Of a DNA stretch of 64,000 nt, positions 31,565 through 46,529 are shown piece by piece. Source of the DNA: the human T2T-CHM13v2.0 reference genome, Homo sapiens; assembly GCF_009914755.1 (NCBI RefSeq), contig NC_060928.1; one strand, given 5' to 3'. The notes under the pieces were generated by a model. It was not told where the DNA came from, made no database searches, and was given only the letters and a program-made list of their open reading frames with translations. The position numbers were made by a program, and so were the translations under genes. How positions within the stretch are numbered: position 1 is the first letter of the stretch; the number at the start of each line of letters is the position of its first letter.

Positions 31565-34500
31565 AAACAAAACATGGAAAAGTCCAAATGTGTTGAATCA
31601 AAATTTATGAGGATGGAAAATGTCATGGGTAAGAAAGAAAAACAAAGTGATGCTCCAAAGGTAAGCAGAATTCAGATGATAAGAAGTCTGAGCTTGATTC
31701 CCGGAGTAATACGGATCCATGGAGAGATTTATAAAGAGTAGTAACTTAACAGTTTTGAAGTTATAAAATATCTCTGGGTTAGCAGCTTAAAGAACAGAAA
31801 TTAAGTTGAGAATTCTTGAAACAGAAATATTAACATGGGGTGTTTTTAATGATAAAGACAAAAACACTCAATATCTAGCCAGCTGGTTAAAATGTAGATG
31901 GAAACGGGGGCATTTGGAGTCACATTTAGCTAAACAGAATTTTACTGTTGATAACCAATTGCAAAAGGTAAGGAGAAAAAGATATTAAGGGCTGTGCAAA
32001 GATTTGGGCCTGGAAAATTGTTGCTTACTTAATAAAGGAACTAAGGAAGTAATGACAGCATAGAGTGATGATCATAATGTTGATTTATTTTGAGCTAAAA
32101 TGTTTATAGGACCATTCGAGGGAACATACATGAGAATTCATCTAATCATATATATACACATATATATATGATGACAAAGAAGATAATCAATATTCAACCC
32201 TAATACTGAATACATAATATGGTAATATATACCAGGCAAAAGTTATTTCCTAGGAAAACTGTATAATAAAATTAAAATTTTGGGTGTAATTAAGATGTGA
32301 CAATGTAATAAAGACTTGGAGAACCTCTCTGTGACTGAGTAGAATATGAGGGGTATGCGATGGTACATCATGTCCTTTCAGATCTCCCAATGAAAATTTT
32401 CAAATTAATAGGTATTATTTTAGAAGTCTTCTTTCACATTGTGAGATGATGAAAGATGCCGCTACCACCTGCAGTTAACGTTGCCACTGCTACAACTTAT
32501 TAATGGCTGCCATATGTAGCTACCCTATCACTAATCTGAGAATGGCCTCAAAAGCCCTGGAAATCCATCACAAAAGCAGGGTGCACCCATGATTACTTTC
32601 TGGAAGCACTGCCACAGAGACCAACTCTTCCTGAGGCCAGCTGAGCCTGACTCTTACCTCTTGGCTCTCAACTCAAAGGGCAGCATATGTATTCACTTGT
32701 TATTTCCTGTGGTTTTACTTTCAGTAACACTGAACCCTTACCGCCTCCCCTACAATTCAAGGTATCTTTTTTAGAGAGTGTGGCCAGAATAACAAATGAT
32801 TTTTTTAAATTTACGTTTAAGAAAGTTTTAGAGCATAATCTAGCCCACAACCTTCATTATTAGAACCCCCTCAATAATTCCCATAAAATAAATGTTCTAC
32901 TGTCTTCTTCCCATCAATTTTCCTGTGAGTTTGGAAGTGTGCGAGACCAAAATGCATAGGCAGATGAGAACATTTTATGATGCTGATCATGTCCAGTTTT
33001 AAGCTTTACGGGTTTTTAAACACACACTTCTGAATGACTCTGCCCTCATACCTGACCTTCCTAGCCCAGCAGTCTTAAAAAAGATGGTAATTACCACTTC
33101 ATCATGTTCAGTGATATATGATTTTTGTCTCCTTTTTATTCTTTTCAGTGGGTTAAAGATTTGGAAGGAAGAACAAAAGTAGATATTTTAAGCAAAAACG
33201 ATACTGAATTATGAAAATCTCTTGAAAAATATGAAAGACACTACCTCCCTCAGCTTTGAAATAAAGCAAGCAAAATCTGACCCTTCTGTGTACAACTATT
33301 CATTGACTTCCACAGGTGTTTACGAAGAAGGTGGGCAATAACACTCGTTTATGATTAAAACTGAACTCAATTCAGGTACAGGAAGATGGCAAAGATGGAG
33401 GGGTATTGTATGCTCTTCTGTACTTCACAGAGGATTCAAAGAGAAAAATTGCAGCTGGACTCCATCAGTGTACTACGTGCCAGGCAATGCTGATCACTAC
33501 TTCCATCTATGTGTAAATATAATGTTTTAGTAATTTATTATTATAAACACACTAGTGTATATGTATATTTTTCATGAAAGTATAGGTGATGTCAGCCTAG
33601 AGCGTTCTAAATAGCATTTATTGGAAGTTTGTATGTGTGTGTGTTTTATTCATTTTATAAAGATGAATGCTTTTATTTCATGACAGTATTATTCATGTCT
33701 AAGTTTCTGAGTTTTGTGGCTTCAACTCTTCTCTGTGTGTATTTAAGCTTGTTTGCACTTTATATGACAGAAGAGCTTTGAATGAAATTAATTTTTCTTT
33801 GAGGATTGGTGAGCATCTATTATTTTGGAAACTCTAGTAATAAAATATAGTGTCAAAGAAATTACAAATATGAGTTGTTTTGAGTCAGTGTTCAGTTATA
33901 TAGTACTCTTCTGAACCCATTTACAACAAATATGAAATAGGAAGTATTCTTATTTAATTGAAAAATATGTTATATAAGAAGGCATTTCCTATTTTGTTTT
34001 TTATTTTATTTAACATAGAATTATTTATTTAAAATTATTTTTAATTTTATTTGTTTACTATATACTTTAATGCTGCATAAAAATTTATTGAACACATCAA
34101 GATTTTCCTGCAATGGTATCTACAGTAAATGGCCTCTACTCTTCATATGAAAAGCTAGTACAGAACATTTGCTGCTGTTATAATCTATGTTCAACTGTTG
34201 ACTTTTCACTTTCCTTTTAGCCAGATTCTCACAAATCTAGTCCTTTCTCTGAAATGATACAGTGTCCATTACCCAGAATGCAGGGTCTACAGACCATATA
34301 GTTTGATTCAACACTAATCTACATGTCTGCTTGCAACTGAATATTTAAAGCATAGAGATTTTAGAGTAGTTTAGATTTACAGATGAACATTGAAACACCA
34401 AGTATCTCATGAATGCTAAGTGGAAATTGTTAATAAAAACACGAATATTCTTTTATCAAAAGAGTGTAAATTGAGAATTAATTGGGATATATCTATCCCC

Positions 34501-34869
34501 ACAACAAACAAAAACAGATTGACAGTGCCCATGCAAAGGCAATAAATATAAATCTATAAATTAACATTTAAGATTATGTATTTTTTATTACAGATCTTTA
34601 AAACACTTGTAGTTACCAGTCACTATCAAATGAGGTTTTCTGTTTATTGTTAATCAATATATCTATTTTGCACCCTTAAGTTGCAAAAGTGATGTAGGCT
34701 AAACTGCACATATTTAAATGTATGAGTTGATGAATCTTGGTGTGTATACATATCCACGAAATGTCACACACTCAAGATGATGAATCTGTCACACCAAAGC
34801 TTTTTGTGCTCCTAGGTATCCTTTCCTTGCACTATTTATCCCCAACGTCACACCTTCCCAGACAAACAC

Positions 34870-35250
34870 TGATATGGCTTGGCTCTGTATCTCCACCCAA
34901 ATCTCATCTTGAATTGTAATCCCCATGTGTTGGGCGAGGGGCCTAATGGGAGGTGATTGGACCGTAGGGGCAGATTTCCCCCTTGCTGTTCTCATGATAG
35001 TGGGTGAGTTCTCACGAGATCTGATGGTTTAGAAGTGTGTGGCAACTCCCCCTTTACTCTCTCTCCTGCTCTGCCTTGGTAAGATGTACTAGCTTCCCTT
35101 CACCTTTACTATGATTGTAAGTTTCCTGAGGCCTCCTAGCTATGCTTCCTGTACAGCCTGCAGAACCGTAAGTCAATTAAAACCTCTTTTCTTCATAAAT
35201 GACCCAGTCTCAGGTAGTTCTTTATAGCACTATGAGAATAGACTAATGAA
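34870..35250 (+). mobile_element. THE1D/MSTA-type MaLR solo LTR
   Basis: tgatatggcttggctctgtatctccacccaaatctcatcttgaattgtaatcccc...gattgtaagtttcctgaggcctcc...cccagtctcaggtagttctttatagca. Confidence 0.9.
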
Positions 35251-35549
35251 AACAGTGACTGTTTCTTGATTACTATAGATTACTTTGCATTTTTAAAGAA
35301 TTTTTATGAATAGAATCTAGTATGTGCTAATTTTCGTCTGCCCTCTTTTACTCAGTCTAATAATTTTGATTAATCCATTTTGTTGTGTGCATCGGTAGTT
35401 GATTCCTTTTTATTGCCAAGTGGCATTTTGTTGTAAAGATATACCACAATTTGTTTATCCATTTAACAGCTGGGGAACATTTGAGCTATTTCCAGTTTTT
35501 GACTAAAACAAATAAAACTGCTATAAACATATGTTTTGTGTGACATTGA

Positions 35550-35605
35550 CTTTCATTTTTCATCTTCATTCTTCTTTCATTTTTCATCTTCATTCTTCTT
35601 TCATT
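35550..35605. repeat. Tandem duplication, 24 bp x2.3
   Basis: ctttcatttttcatcttcattctt repeated perfectly. Confidence 0.9.
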
Positions 35606-38259
35606 ATCCCAGGAGTGGATTGGCTGTGTCATGGGGCAGTTCTATACCGAACTTTTGAGAAACTACCTGTTTTCCAAAGCAGTTATTCCATTTTACACCC
35701 TTCAGCAGTGCATAATAATTTCAGTTGCTTCATATCTTTGCCAACAAAAGGTATAGCCAATATGTAATTTAGTAGGATTATATAGCTTATTGTGGTTTTA
35801 ATTTTCAATTATTTAATACATATGGGTGTTGAGAAATTTGTCATATGCACATTTTTTATGAATAGCTTATTTATAAAAATTTTAATTTTTTTGCTCATTT
35901 CTAAAATGAAGTGTTTTTGTTCCCCTGTTATTGGGTGGAAGAATTCTTTATTCTTTTTTAAATGAAGTATTTTGTTGGATACATGGTTTTAAAAAATGTG
36001 TTCTCATTCTATGGGGGACCTTTTCACTTTTATAATGATGCTTTTCAATAAACAAGTTTTAATTTTGATAAAATATATTTGAATAATTTTTGTTGTCTAT
36101 AGTTAGTAATTTTTATATATAATTAAGAATGCTTAGCCAAAACAAGGCATGCAAAATTGTATTCTATGCTTTCTTTGAAAAGTTTGATTGTTTTAGTTCT
36201 TAAATTTAGTTTTATAATTTCCTTCGACTTACTTTTAGTTTATGATGTGAGGTAAGGATTAAAGTGTGTTTGTTTATTTTGTCTATGCATATTTATTTGT
36301 TCTAGTATCTTCTGTTGAAAGGATTACTCCTTCCTCATTATATGGTCTTCACACTTTTGTCAAAATCAACTGACGTTATTTGCTTTTTTTAATGACTCTT
36401 TAGTCTCTTCTATTATTCTATATGTCTATCATCATGTACATACCACTCTGTTTTTATTACTGTAGTTTTATAATGTTTTAAAATTAGATATTAATTCTTC
36501 AGCTTTTCTTTTTTTTTTAAAATAACTTTGGTTATTTTATATACTCTTTATTTCCATGTAATTTTATAGTCAGAGCATTGGTTTTTGCTGAAAAGCCTCC
36601 TGGTGTTTTATTTAAAATTGTATCTATCCATAGATTAACTTTTGTAGAACTGATATCTTAATAATATTGAGTCTTCTGTTTCCTGAACATGATTTACTTC
36701 TCCATTTGTTTCTTCTTTAATTTCTCTCATAAAAATTGGCCTTTGTATTGCACTTGTTTTACCCATCATTGGTCAGATTTGTCCTAATACAGTTTATATT
36801 TTTGTTGCTTTTGTAAACCTTTTTTGTGCTCTTGTTTGTAATTTTTAAAATTTTAATTTCCAGTTGTTTGTTGACAGTTTATAGAAATCAATTGATGTTT
36901 GTATTGACATTATATTCTGTGCTCCTGCAGAACTTATAAGTCCTAGTAGCTTTTTATTTTTCTTTTCTTTTGTAGATTTGTTGGGATAAGAGTGTTATTT
37001 TCAAACAAAAACATTTTTGCTTAATTTCATATCTGTATGCTTTTCATGTCCCTTTCTATTGCCTTATTATTGCACTATCAAAGCTTTTGTACTGTAGAAC
37101 TTTTTGTAGTGTTGAATACACGTGGTGAGAGCAGATGCTTACTTCTCAGTCGTAGAAAGAAAGTATCGAGTTTGTCAATTTCAAGTATACTGATTGCTAA
37201 AGTCTTTCATTGATGTCTTCTAACAAGTTAAGAAGTTTCCCCCTTTTTTAAGTTTGCTGACATTTTATATCAGTAATGGATATTGATATATTAAAATTAT
37301 TTTTATATTTATTGCTTTAGTACAATTATGAAATATTTTACTGTATTTACTTACTTTTATAATCAAAACTTATTAAAATATTTGATTATATTTTCTTGTA
37401 TATAAACTTGGTACATCTTTTTGAAATGTAGGGAGTTGTAGGAGTTATCTAGACTAAACCTTATATTTAGACAGTAGGATTGTGATTTCCAGTTTGTTTA
37501 AATGACTGTCTCAAGGTCACTCAAAATTAAAAAGTAGATATACAGAATTTTTTTCTTTCTTCATTTCCTCTCTTCATTAAAATACATGAATAATATTTTT
37601 GAATTACGTATTTAATCTGTTTACTAAGCTCCATTTCATATTCAATGAGAAAGTATGAAAAGATCTTTGAGAAGTAAATAACGCTAATACAAAAGCATTT
37701 TAATAGGAGGGAAATAATTTTTATTTTAAACACACTGCACATGAGCACTTTCATAAATGTTAATTTTGTGAGTATTAATGGGATTTTAAATAAAAAAATA
37801 AGTAAAATTTAGATGCCAAAAATGTAACTCCAAGTACTTAAAGTTCCTTTACAAACAGAAATAAAATATTTTCAAAGGAGTTCTAGCTTATATAATTTAC
37901 AATTGAGACACGTAAAATATACACCACATTGAAGCAATATTGTAGTATCAAAGTAAAGGATGTGCTTAGTGTCCAGACAGCTGTAATCAAGTTTCACTGG
38001 CTGACACTAATGCCTTCTGAAGCCTTGGACAACATGTCTCTTATCTCTGGGCCTTAATTTTTTAAAAATATTTTAATAGAGATGTAAATGTAAGTGATGT
38101 TTTGGTTCAAAATTTTTGCAATCTCTGATTAGACAGCTTAAGAATATACATTAATGTGTACCTCAAATCAATGTGGTTGTTTTATTACCCATTAGCTAAA
38201 TTCCTTTTGATTCTTTGAAACTAAATGGGACAAAATAAACAAAAAACAAAAACAAAACA

Positions 38260-39020
38260 AAAAAACTTCAACGAACTGTGTTTCCCCTGCTGTCACACCA
38301 AAGCAATCAACACAGGAGACATTTGTGACCAATATCTAGGGGCTTTTCCTCATGCACCAAGAGAGCAAGCAACTCTGGGAACCCCAGCCAGGTATCCTCC
38401 AACTCAATTCATTTCCGACAATTCCTACTTGGAGACAGTGGCAGAGCTCACACAACGTCTAGGGGCTTTTCCCCATGCACCAAGAGAGCAAGCAACTCTG
38501 TGAACCCCAGCCAGGTATCCTCCAACTCAATTCATTTCCAACAGTTCCTACCTGGAGACAGTGGCAGAGCTCACAGGGTGAAGGCTCATTCCCCAAGACT
38601 GGCCCCCCACTTTCCAATGCCAATCATAAGCTCCATGTTGTTTTACCTGGGCTTCTAACCTACGGGCTATAAATCAGGGTTCCCATAACCTTCTTCTAGG
38701 ATTCAATTAATTTGCTGGAACTGCTCACATAACTCAGGGAAAAACGTATTTAATGCTTATCAGTTTATTATAGAGGATATTACAAAGTATGCAGATGAAG
38801 AGATGCATAGGGTGAGGTATGGGGAAGGCGCGAGAAGGTTCTATGCCTTCCCAAGCACACCACTCCCCAGGAACATTCAGTGTCTGACTATCCATGAGCT
38901 CCCTGAACCCTGTGCCTTTGAGTTTTTATGGAGACTTCATTATTGAGGCATGATTAATTAAACATTGACCATTGGTGATCAACTTGAGATTTAGCCCCTC
39001 TTTCTCCTCCCCAGAGGCTT
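38260..39020. mobile_element. MER21-like LTR fragment with an internal 123-bp-period duplication
   Basis: caagactggccccccactt...ctataaatcagggttccc...gatgaagagatgcatagggtgaggtatgggg. Confidence 0.75.
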
Positions 39021-41001
39021 TTCCTTGACAGGTAGTCTATCAAATTAAACCTAGGTAAATGAAGTTAAATACATAATTTTAAAAAACCATGAGGTTATCC
39101 TGTTTTCCATTATCATCTGATTCTTCTGAGATCAGTTAGCTAAGATCTAATTGGATCACTTAATGCCAGACATGTTTTAATTAAGAAAATTTTACATTTT
39201 ATTCAGAATTTATCATGCGTATAGTATAAATACTTTCATTTGTTATTAATGCATATATAACTTCAGTAAAAAAATTTGAGGATATTTTTAAACTATTGGT
39301 TTATGAACACTTAAGAGATTGTAGTTTTTTTGTGCTTACCTTTAACCAAATGTACAGACTCGCCAGGATATTTTGTAATGAAGTGAGATTTACATGGTAA
39401 TATATGTTGATTCTTATAAAGAGTGCAGGTTATAAATCTTATTTTTTTCCTTAAAACTATTTTATTTTTGAAGAGAATGGATTAATCAAAACAACTTTAT
39501 AAAAAAAAGAGAGAAAGAAAAGGGAAGAGAAAAAAGAGAAGAAAATCAGTGTAAAGTGAGAGATAAAACTGATATGGGCTGATCTATTTTCATGTTCAGG
39601 AATCACAGAGGTCAAATTTCTGCAATTGTTAAAGTAGGGTTCTCTCAGTAAGCTCATTAGATGAGTATGTGTGACTTTATTTATGAAATTTAACATATCT
39701 TAAAGTTTAAAATTGAATCCTATCCCAACATTTGTAACTGCACATTTGATTACAGAATGTTATTTTCTTACAATTACCAAAATGAAAGCTCAATGCTATA
39801 TGACTATTTAGAAGATAGTTTACTGTGTCATCTAGCTCATTTTTTATCACCATTTTGTTTAATAAAAACACACATTATTAAGTCTTCTTAAGAAAATGTA
39901 TTATTATTACATAAATTTACTCTAAATTTGAATTTAGAGTAATAAAATGAAGGTCCCAAAACAGCGATTTAATGAAGTGAATCTACCACTTAAGAAGCAG
40001 TTTTGGCTCTATTAATGCCATCTAATATATTTTGCACTAAATAAAATACAAATATTCTATTGCCTTTCTAAACCTTGTAAATGACATTTTAGTATTGGAT
40101 AATCAAATGTAACTGAAAAAGTGACTTCACATTGCCCTCCAGAAGAAAATAGAAAGAATTATGATCATGCAAATGAATTTTCCAGTTTTCTCCGGTATGT
40201 AGCTTGGGAACTGTCATTATGAGAGCTCCTTTAATATTTCTAGAGAGCCAGGTGAGGGGGCTGCATAATCTGAAGAAGGATAATAAGAAAATCTGTCCTG
40301 CAGATTAGAGGCAGTTAAAAACAGATTCCTCTGTATGGGGTTAAATTGTACTTGCAGAAGATGTCTGTGGATACGTGATCCTGTTTGTCTATCTAGGGTG
40401 TGTGGGTGTGTGTTGAATTAAACTACTACTCCTGGAAATTGTAAATAATAAAGAGCCATATCTGTACCTCAAATTAGTGAGCAATACTCTAAGTAACTTG
40501 GATTTGCAATGTCCATATATACCCTGGATGATATTTGAAATGTAGATTGCCACATGTTGAGTGAGGATTAACAAAATGGATCTCAGAAGAATAAGGAAAC
40601 TTCCCAGAGAGACATCAGTTAGAAAACAGGAAGAGCAAGGAAGGGCAGAGACCAGGGGAAGCCACGAAAGAATCTACTCCAAGTACTTTAGCTTTGCTTT
40701 ATGAGAAATGTCAAATTTAAAGTTCAGATTTTTGCTTTTTCTATTCCAGTGTTTAGTTCTCTTTAGTAAATCTAACCCTTTATCAATATCTGACATGTCC
40801 ATAAAGCAGTGTGGTTTAGCTTTATGGAAAATGAGGAAAATGGAGAGGAAAGGGAAATAAAACCTGACCCACAGTCAACCATTGTGGTCTCGTACTGAGG
40901 AATATACATGCAATTGTAATGATGAGCTGAAAAGGAAATTTGATCCTATAAAATCGAGCAGAAATAGTAGGAAGGATCACGTAATGTGGGGAAGAAGACC
41001 A

Positions 41002-41048
41002 CATAGTTGATCTAAAGAAGATCAACTATCTTCTTTAGATCAACTATG
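41002..41048. repeat. Perfect inverted repeat, 21-bp arms with a 5-nt spacer
   Basis: catagttgatctaaagaagat-caact-atcttctttagatcaactatg. Confidence 0.95.
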
Positions 41049-42644
41049 CTACTTTATAACTTTATTCTGCAAGAATAACATGCATTTCAAAATATATATT
41101 AATCTTAATTCACTACCTTTTAGTGCCCATTTCTCACCAGTTGAGCACAAGTATGAAGTAGCTCTCATGCATTATTTTTGACATATTTCATATTAAATTT
41201 AAAGAGTGAAAGGAAAATCAACAAATACAGTTTACCTTCACAAATAAGCAAAACCTATGTATGTAAATCATTTCCAAACTGAGAAACACCATTAACCTTT
41301 AGTTCCTTATGTTGGATAACTTCCACTGTTGACCCCCATTTATTGTGTAGATTTTAGAGATAAAGAAAAAAAAATGTTGGGGAGCAGTTTTCAGACCTTT
41401 CTGAATCAACTACTTTATAATAAGATCTACAACTTAAATTTTTTAAATGGTCAAATATGTATTTCAGTGTAACCATTCTTACTCATTTTGAGAATTAAAA
41501 ATTTAAGACCAGTGATTTTCCGAGTTTTAGGGCTTTTGAAGAAAGAATGAGCAGGATGATCATATAAATTAAGACTATGAATAAAAATGGGGATGTTCAT
41601 ATTTTACTGTTTTTTCCGAGTGATTATATATACAATATCTTAAAGAGGATGACTATTGTCTAATAGTAATTATGTTACACATTTTCTCCTCTTGCACTGA
41701 GTAGGAATGTATATTCTTTTACTATTAATAAACTACGTTTTCTGGGCAACACTTAATTTTCTTCACAATGTCAATTTTACGTAAAGAAAATAAAATGGAG
41801 ATGGCTCATTAAACAAAGTTCTTGTGCTCAGGAGTAGCCATTAACCTATAAATAATCCTAACAATACACCATCTTATGGTGCTGGCTTAAGAAGCCTAGA
41901 AAGCCTTTACAATACATATGATTTAGCTCAATAATTGTAAAATAATATCTCATCCTATAATTAGTGATAATTTTCCTCAATGACAAAATAAGAAGGTCAA
42001 GAATGGTTATAGAGAAAGGGTGTTCAATCACTCTTCCAGATAAAACATTCAAAAAAGCAATTGAAAAAATGTACTATATAAATAAGAGTCAGATAAAAAT
42101 CAGAAAAGCTGGATTAAAAATGACCCAGATACCAGGATAATTAATACAATAAACTGTGATCAAACTGTAGCTTGAATTATGTCAAAACTTTTCAAATTAA
42201 ATAAAGATAAAAAGGAGACACCTAGCTGAAAGGTAACCACATTAATTGGTGTTGATCAAACTCAAATAATAATGCTTCACATACTTGGAAAATTGCATGG
42301 GAAATCAAAACTGTTTGGCTTAACAAAATATTAAACTACAAAATAAACCTTTGCTTATTCACATATTTTTTATAATACTTAAAAGCATTTTCATTGTTTC
42401 TTCTGGCTATTCTCACATATTTACATATTTGGTTAAATCACTTGCACAATTTCTTAATTACACTGATTGCAATCAAGCTCTTTTTAAAGTGCTTTATTAT
42501 TTCTAAAATTTACAAAGAAAAATATTCTTGTCCAATTTTTTATAAGACAGTAGTTGTAAAGGAAAACTCCAACAATTGTTTTATCTTATTTTTGTACACA
42601 TAATTCCTGTTTCAGTTATTAAAAATGTTTGATGTGACTACTTG

Positions 42645-43049
42645 TGTTATGTGTTTAACGTATTCCTCCCCAAATTCATATGTTGAAATTCTCATCCCCA
42701 GTATTTTAGAATGTGTCCTTATTTAGAACAGTGTTGCTGCAGAAGTAATTAGTTAAGATGAAGTCATTAAGGTGGGCCTAAATTCAATATGAATGATTTC
42801 CTAATAAAAACGGGAAATTTGGACACAGAAACTTGCCACACATATCAGGAGAATGCCATGTGGACATGAAGATGGCAACCTACAAGCCAAGGAGAGATGC
42901 CTGGAAAAGATCCTTCACTCATGCCTCAGAAGGAACCCACCTTTATTTTGAATTTCTAGCCTCTGGGATTGTGAGATAACAAATTTCTGTTGTTCAAGCC
43001 ACCCAATCTGTGATACATTGTTATGGTACAACCCTAGCAAATTAATACA
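42645..43049 (+). mobile_element. MLT1B/C-like solo LTR
   Basis: tgttatg...ccccaaattcatatgttgaa...aaatttctgttgttcaagccaccca...attaataca. Near-TSD acttg/atttg. Confidence 0.85.
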
Positions 43050-43560
43050 ATTTGCTTATATCTCTTTATCAGTAAAATGTTCCACAAATTTAGAACATTT
43101 GTAGAACTGCACATTTTCTACACACTGAATCAAATATTTGGACAAAGCTGTCTTATATGGGGATTAGTTGTATACAGCAGAGGGTAAAAACTGGGGACTC
43201 CTTGGTGCCCAGTGTGACTCTAGGAACACACATGGATGAGAACCCAAAGGCAAAGGTAAACACCTTAGTAAGATGTCCAGTGAAATGTGAAAGGAGGGGA
43301 GGAATGGCAGTAGAACAAAATATGTAAAAGTTATCTCTGTTTCGTGCAAGTTTAAAACATGAGTAGCCAGATGAATACACTTGTTTTTAAAACTGGGCGT
43401 AATTGGACTCCACAGAAGTAAAAAAAAAAAATTGTTGAGATAATATCTGGTTTCTTTTGTAGACTATTCTAAAACTTAAAGCATCCTTATATTTAAGTTC
43501 AAAAGGTAATTTGAGGATAAATAATCCCAGATAGTAATTAATGTGTTCAAAATAGGATAG

Positions 43561-43887
<327 letters not shown>

Positions 43888-44340
43888 TGAAATAGTATAG
43901 TATCGCTTTTAGTATTTGATTGACAATATTCTAATTGTTTATGGAGGTTTAAGGAGAATTTTTATATACTATCTAATTTGAGTAGTGTATTTTTATGAGA
44001 TAAGTATATCTGACCCCATTTCAACCCCCATATTATAAAAGAAAAAAAAAAGCAAGTCCAAACAAAAACATGATTCTTCAAGAACTAAACCCTTCAAAGA
44101 AAGAATAGTGAGAAGCATAGTTGAGACAAAAATGCATCTCTTGCTTTGAATTTCCATGTTATTTATGCTATATCACATTGTACTGACACATGGTCAAGCT
44201 ATGTCTGTGCAATAATTTTCATAGATATTGAACACACATTAAGTTTTACACTTATAAATTTGACATATTTTGGAATTCAGTGATTGTTGTTTCATTCATA
44301 AAATAGGTATTTGGATCATATTATGTACTCAAATAGTGTA

Positions 44341-44699
44341 TGTCTTAGTCTGTTGGGCTGCGGTAACAACACACCATAAATGAGGAAGCTTATAAACAAC
44401 AGAAATTTATTTCCCAAAGCTCTGGAGGCTGCAAATTCCAAGATTAAGGTGCTGACATATTCAGCATCTGGTGAGGGCCCACTTCCTGGTTCATAGATGC
44501 TCCTTCTCAATGTCTTCTCACATGACAGCAGCAAAGCAGCTCTCTGGGACTTCCTTAAAAAGGGCACTAATCCCATTCATAAGGGTTCTGCCACATGATC
44601 TAATCAACTTCCAAAAGACCTGTCTCCTATTGTCATCACACTGATAATCAAGTTTCAACATATGAATCTGGTGGAGACAAACACATTCAGACCATAGCA
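44341..44699 (-). mobile_element. MLT1A-like solo LTR
   Basis: tgtcttagtctgttgggctgc...cattcagaccatagca. Near-TSD gtgta/gtgtg. Confidence 0.88.
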
Positions 44700-44700
44700 G

Positions 44701-45140
44701 TGTGGTAGGAAGAATAATGACCCCCACCAAAATATGTCCACAGAATCTTTGTAAACGGCAGTTACAGGGCAAAGGGGAATTAAATTTACCAGATAGAATT
44801 AAGACAGCTAATTAACTGACCTTCAGATGGAGAGATTATTCTGGACTATTTAGGTAGGTCAAATGTAATCCTAAGTGTCCTTACAAGTGAAAGAGGGCAG
44901 CAGAAGGAAGAGAACTGGAAAGATAGTGGTTTTAGGAAGACTTGGCACAATGTTACTGGTTTTAAAGGTAGAGGGTTGAGCCAAGTAATTCTGTGGTGGC
45001 CTCTAGAAGCTGAACGCAGCCCTGGTACTGACTCCTTGATTTTTTACCTTATTCTGACCTAAAGGCCTCTAAGTTAATAACTTAGTGTTGCTTTAAGCCA
45101 AGGTAGAAATTTATTATGGGAGCAACTAAGAGTGAATACA
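44701..45140 (+). mobile_element. MLT1D-like solo LTR
   Basis: tgtggtaggaagaataatgacccc...gagattattctggactatt...ggcctctagaagctg...gaataca. Confidence 0.8.
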
Positions 45141-45186
45141 GATTGCATTCCAGATCTAAGGAATCCTCCAACCTAATGAAGAATGA

Positions 45187-45495
<309 letters not shown>

Positions 45496-46529
45496 TAAAC
45501 GCAGCCTAGAGACTAGAAAGGACATGAAATAAGAAGGAAGAATGTGTCTTATGGTAAGTGTGAGTTAGTGTTATGACTTAAGGTGAGTAAACTGCTGGTA
45601 CAAAGATCAAGAAGCAAGAAGGAATGGGGCATTTTTGGATAATACTTTGGTATAGCAAGCCTGTAGTTTGTGAGTAAAAAAAAAGAAAAAACAATGCAAA
45701 TAAAACAACGGAGGAAATAAACTACTAGTTATTTGAGAGAAAACTTGTTAAGGAGGGTCCATTTGATATCCTGAGGGGAGTGAAGGACCATTAAAATGAT
45801 TTCAGGTTGAGCTTTGCATTTTAGGAAGGATATTCTTGCTGCCCTGTAAAGGGACTGGATTAAGAGTCAACAACAATGAATGCAGCGGGATCATGTACAA
45901 AGCTGCATTATTATCTAGAAATGATGCTGGGCTGAACTATGAAGACTCATATTGAGGACAGAGAGAGGGGACCAGTTTTTAAATTGCTTAGGGGAACGAT
46001 TCAAGATGTACTTTTCATTCCTCCAGAAATGAAGGCAAGGGAGAGAATTTTTTAAAATATTATTATTGCTGTAGCAACTGGGTATAAATAGGGTAATGTA
46101 ACGCTCTCAGTTAGAAAAACAGAAATATGAGTAGCCTTTGACATGTGGCAAACAGTGAGTTTAGGTTTGAACAAATGGCAGTGACGCGCCAGAAGAGAAT
46201 CCATGTGACAGTGTCCAGTGGGCCAAGGATGGGTTGAAGAGACTAGTGGATGAGTATGATAAGATTCACAACTTTTCAACATGAACAATCATGCAGTTGC
46301 ATCTGCTATCATATTTTAGCAGAAACCTATTTCAAATATCCTAAAATATCCTAATGGTGTTTTTGCAGAAATAGAAAAAATAACAATAAAAGCCGATGGC
46401 CATCTTCTTTGGCAGATGACCAAAAAGTACATTCAAAGAATATATTGATGTATCTTTAAATATATAAAATGAAGATATTCGTATATCTTTGAAAAAAAAA
46501 TCTATCCAACTACCTTGCCAATTTTTATA

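Larger units (their letters stand above)
34690..37300 (-). mobile_element. Old degenerate L1M (3' UTR plus ORF2), interrupted by a MaLR LTR
   Basis: T-rich antisense L1 text: ataccacaatttgtttatccatt, aataatattgagtcttc, tgttgaatacacgtggtgagagcaga. Confidence 0.8.

Noticed and set aside
32145-32172. Inverted repeat atcatatatata-caca-tatatatatgat
   Set aside because: The symmetry is mostly a trivial property of (TA)n.
33120-33530. Exon- or pseudogene-looking unique stretch with plus-strand acceptor-like sites
   Set aside because: Manual translation of the plus-strand frames gave only short peptides I do not recognise. No poly(A) or TSD is visible.
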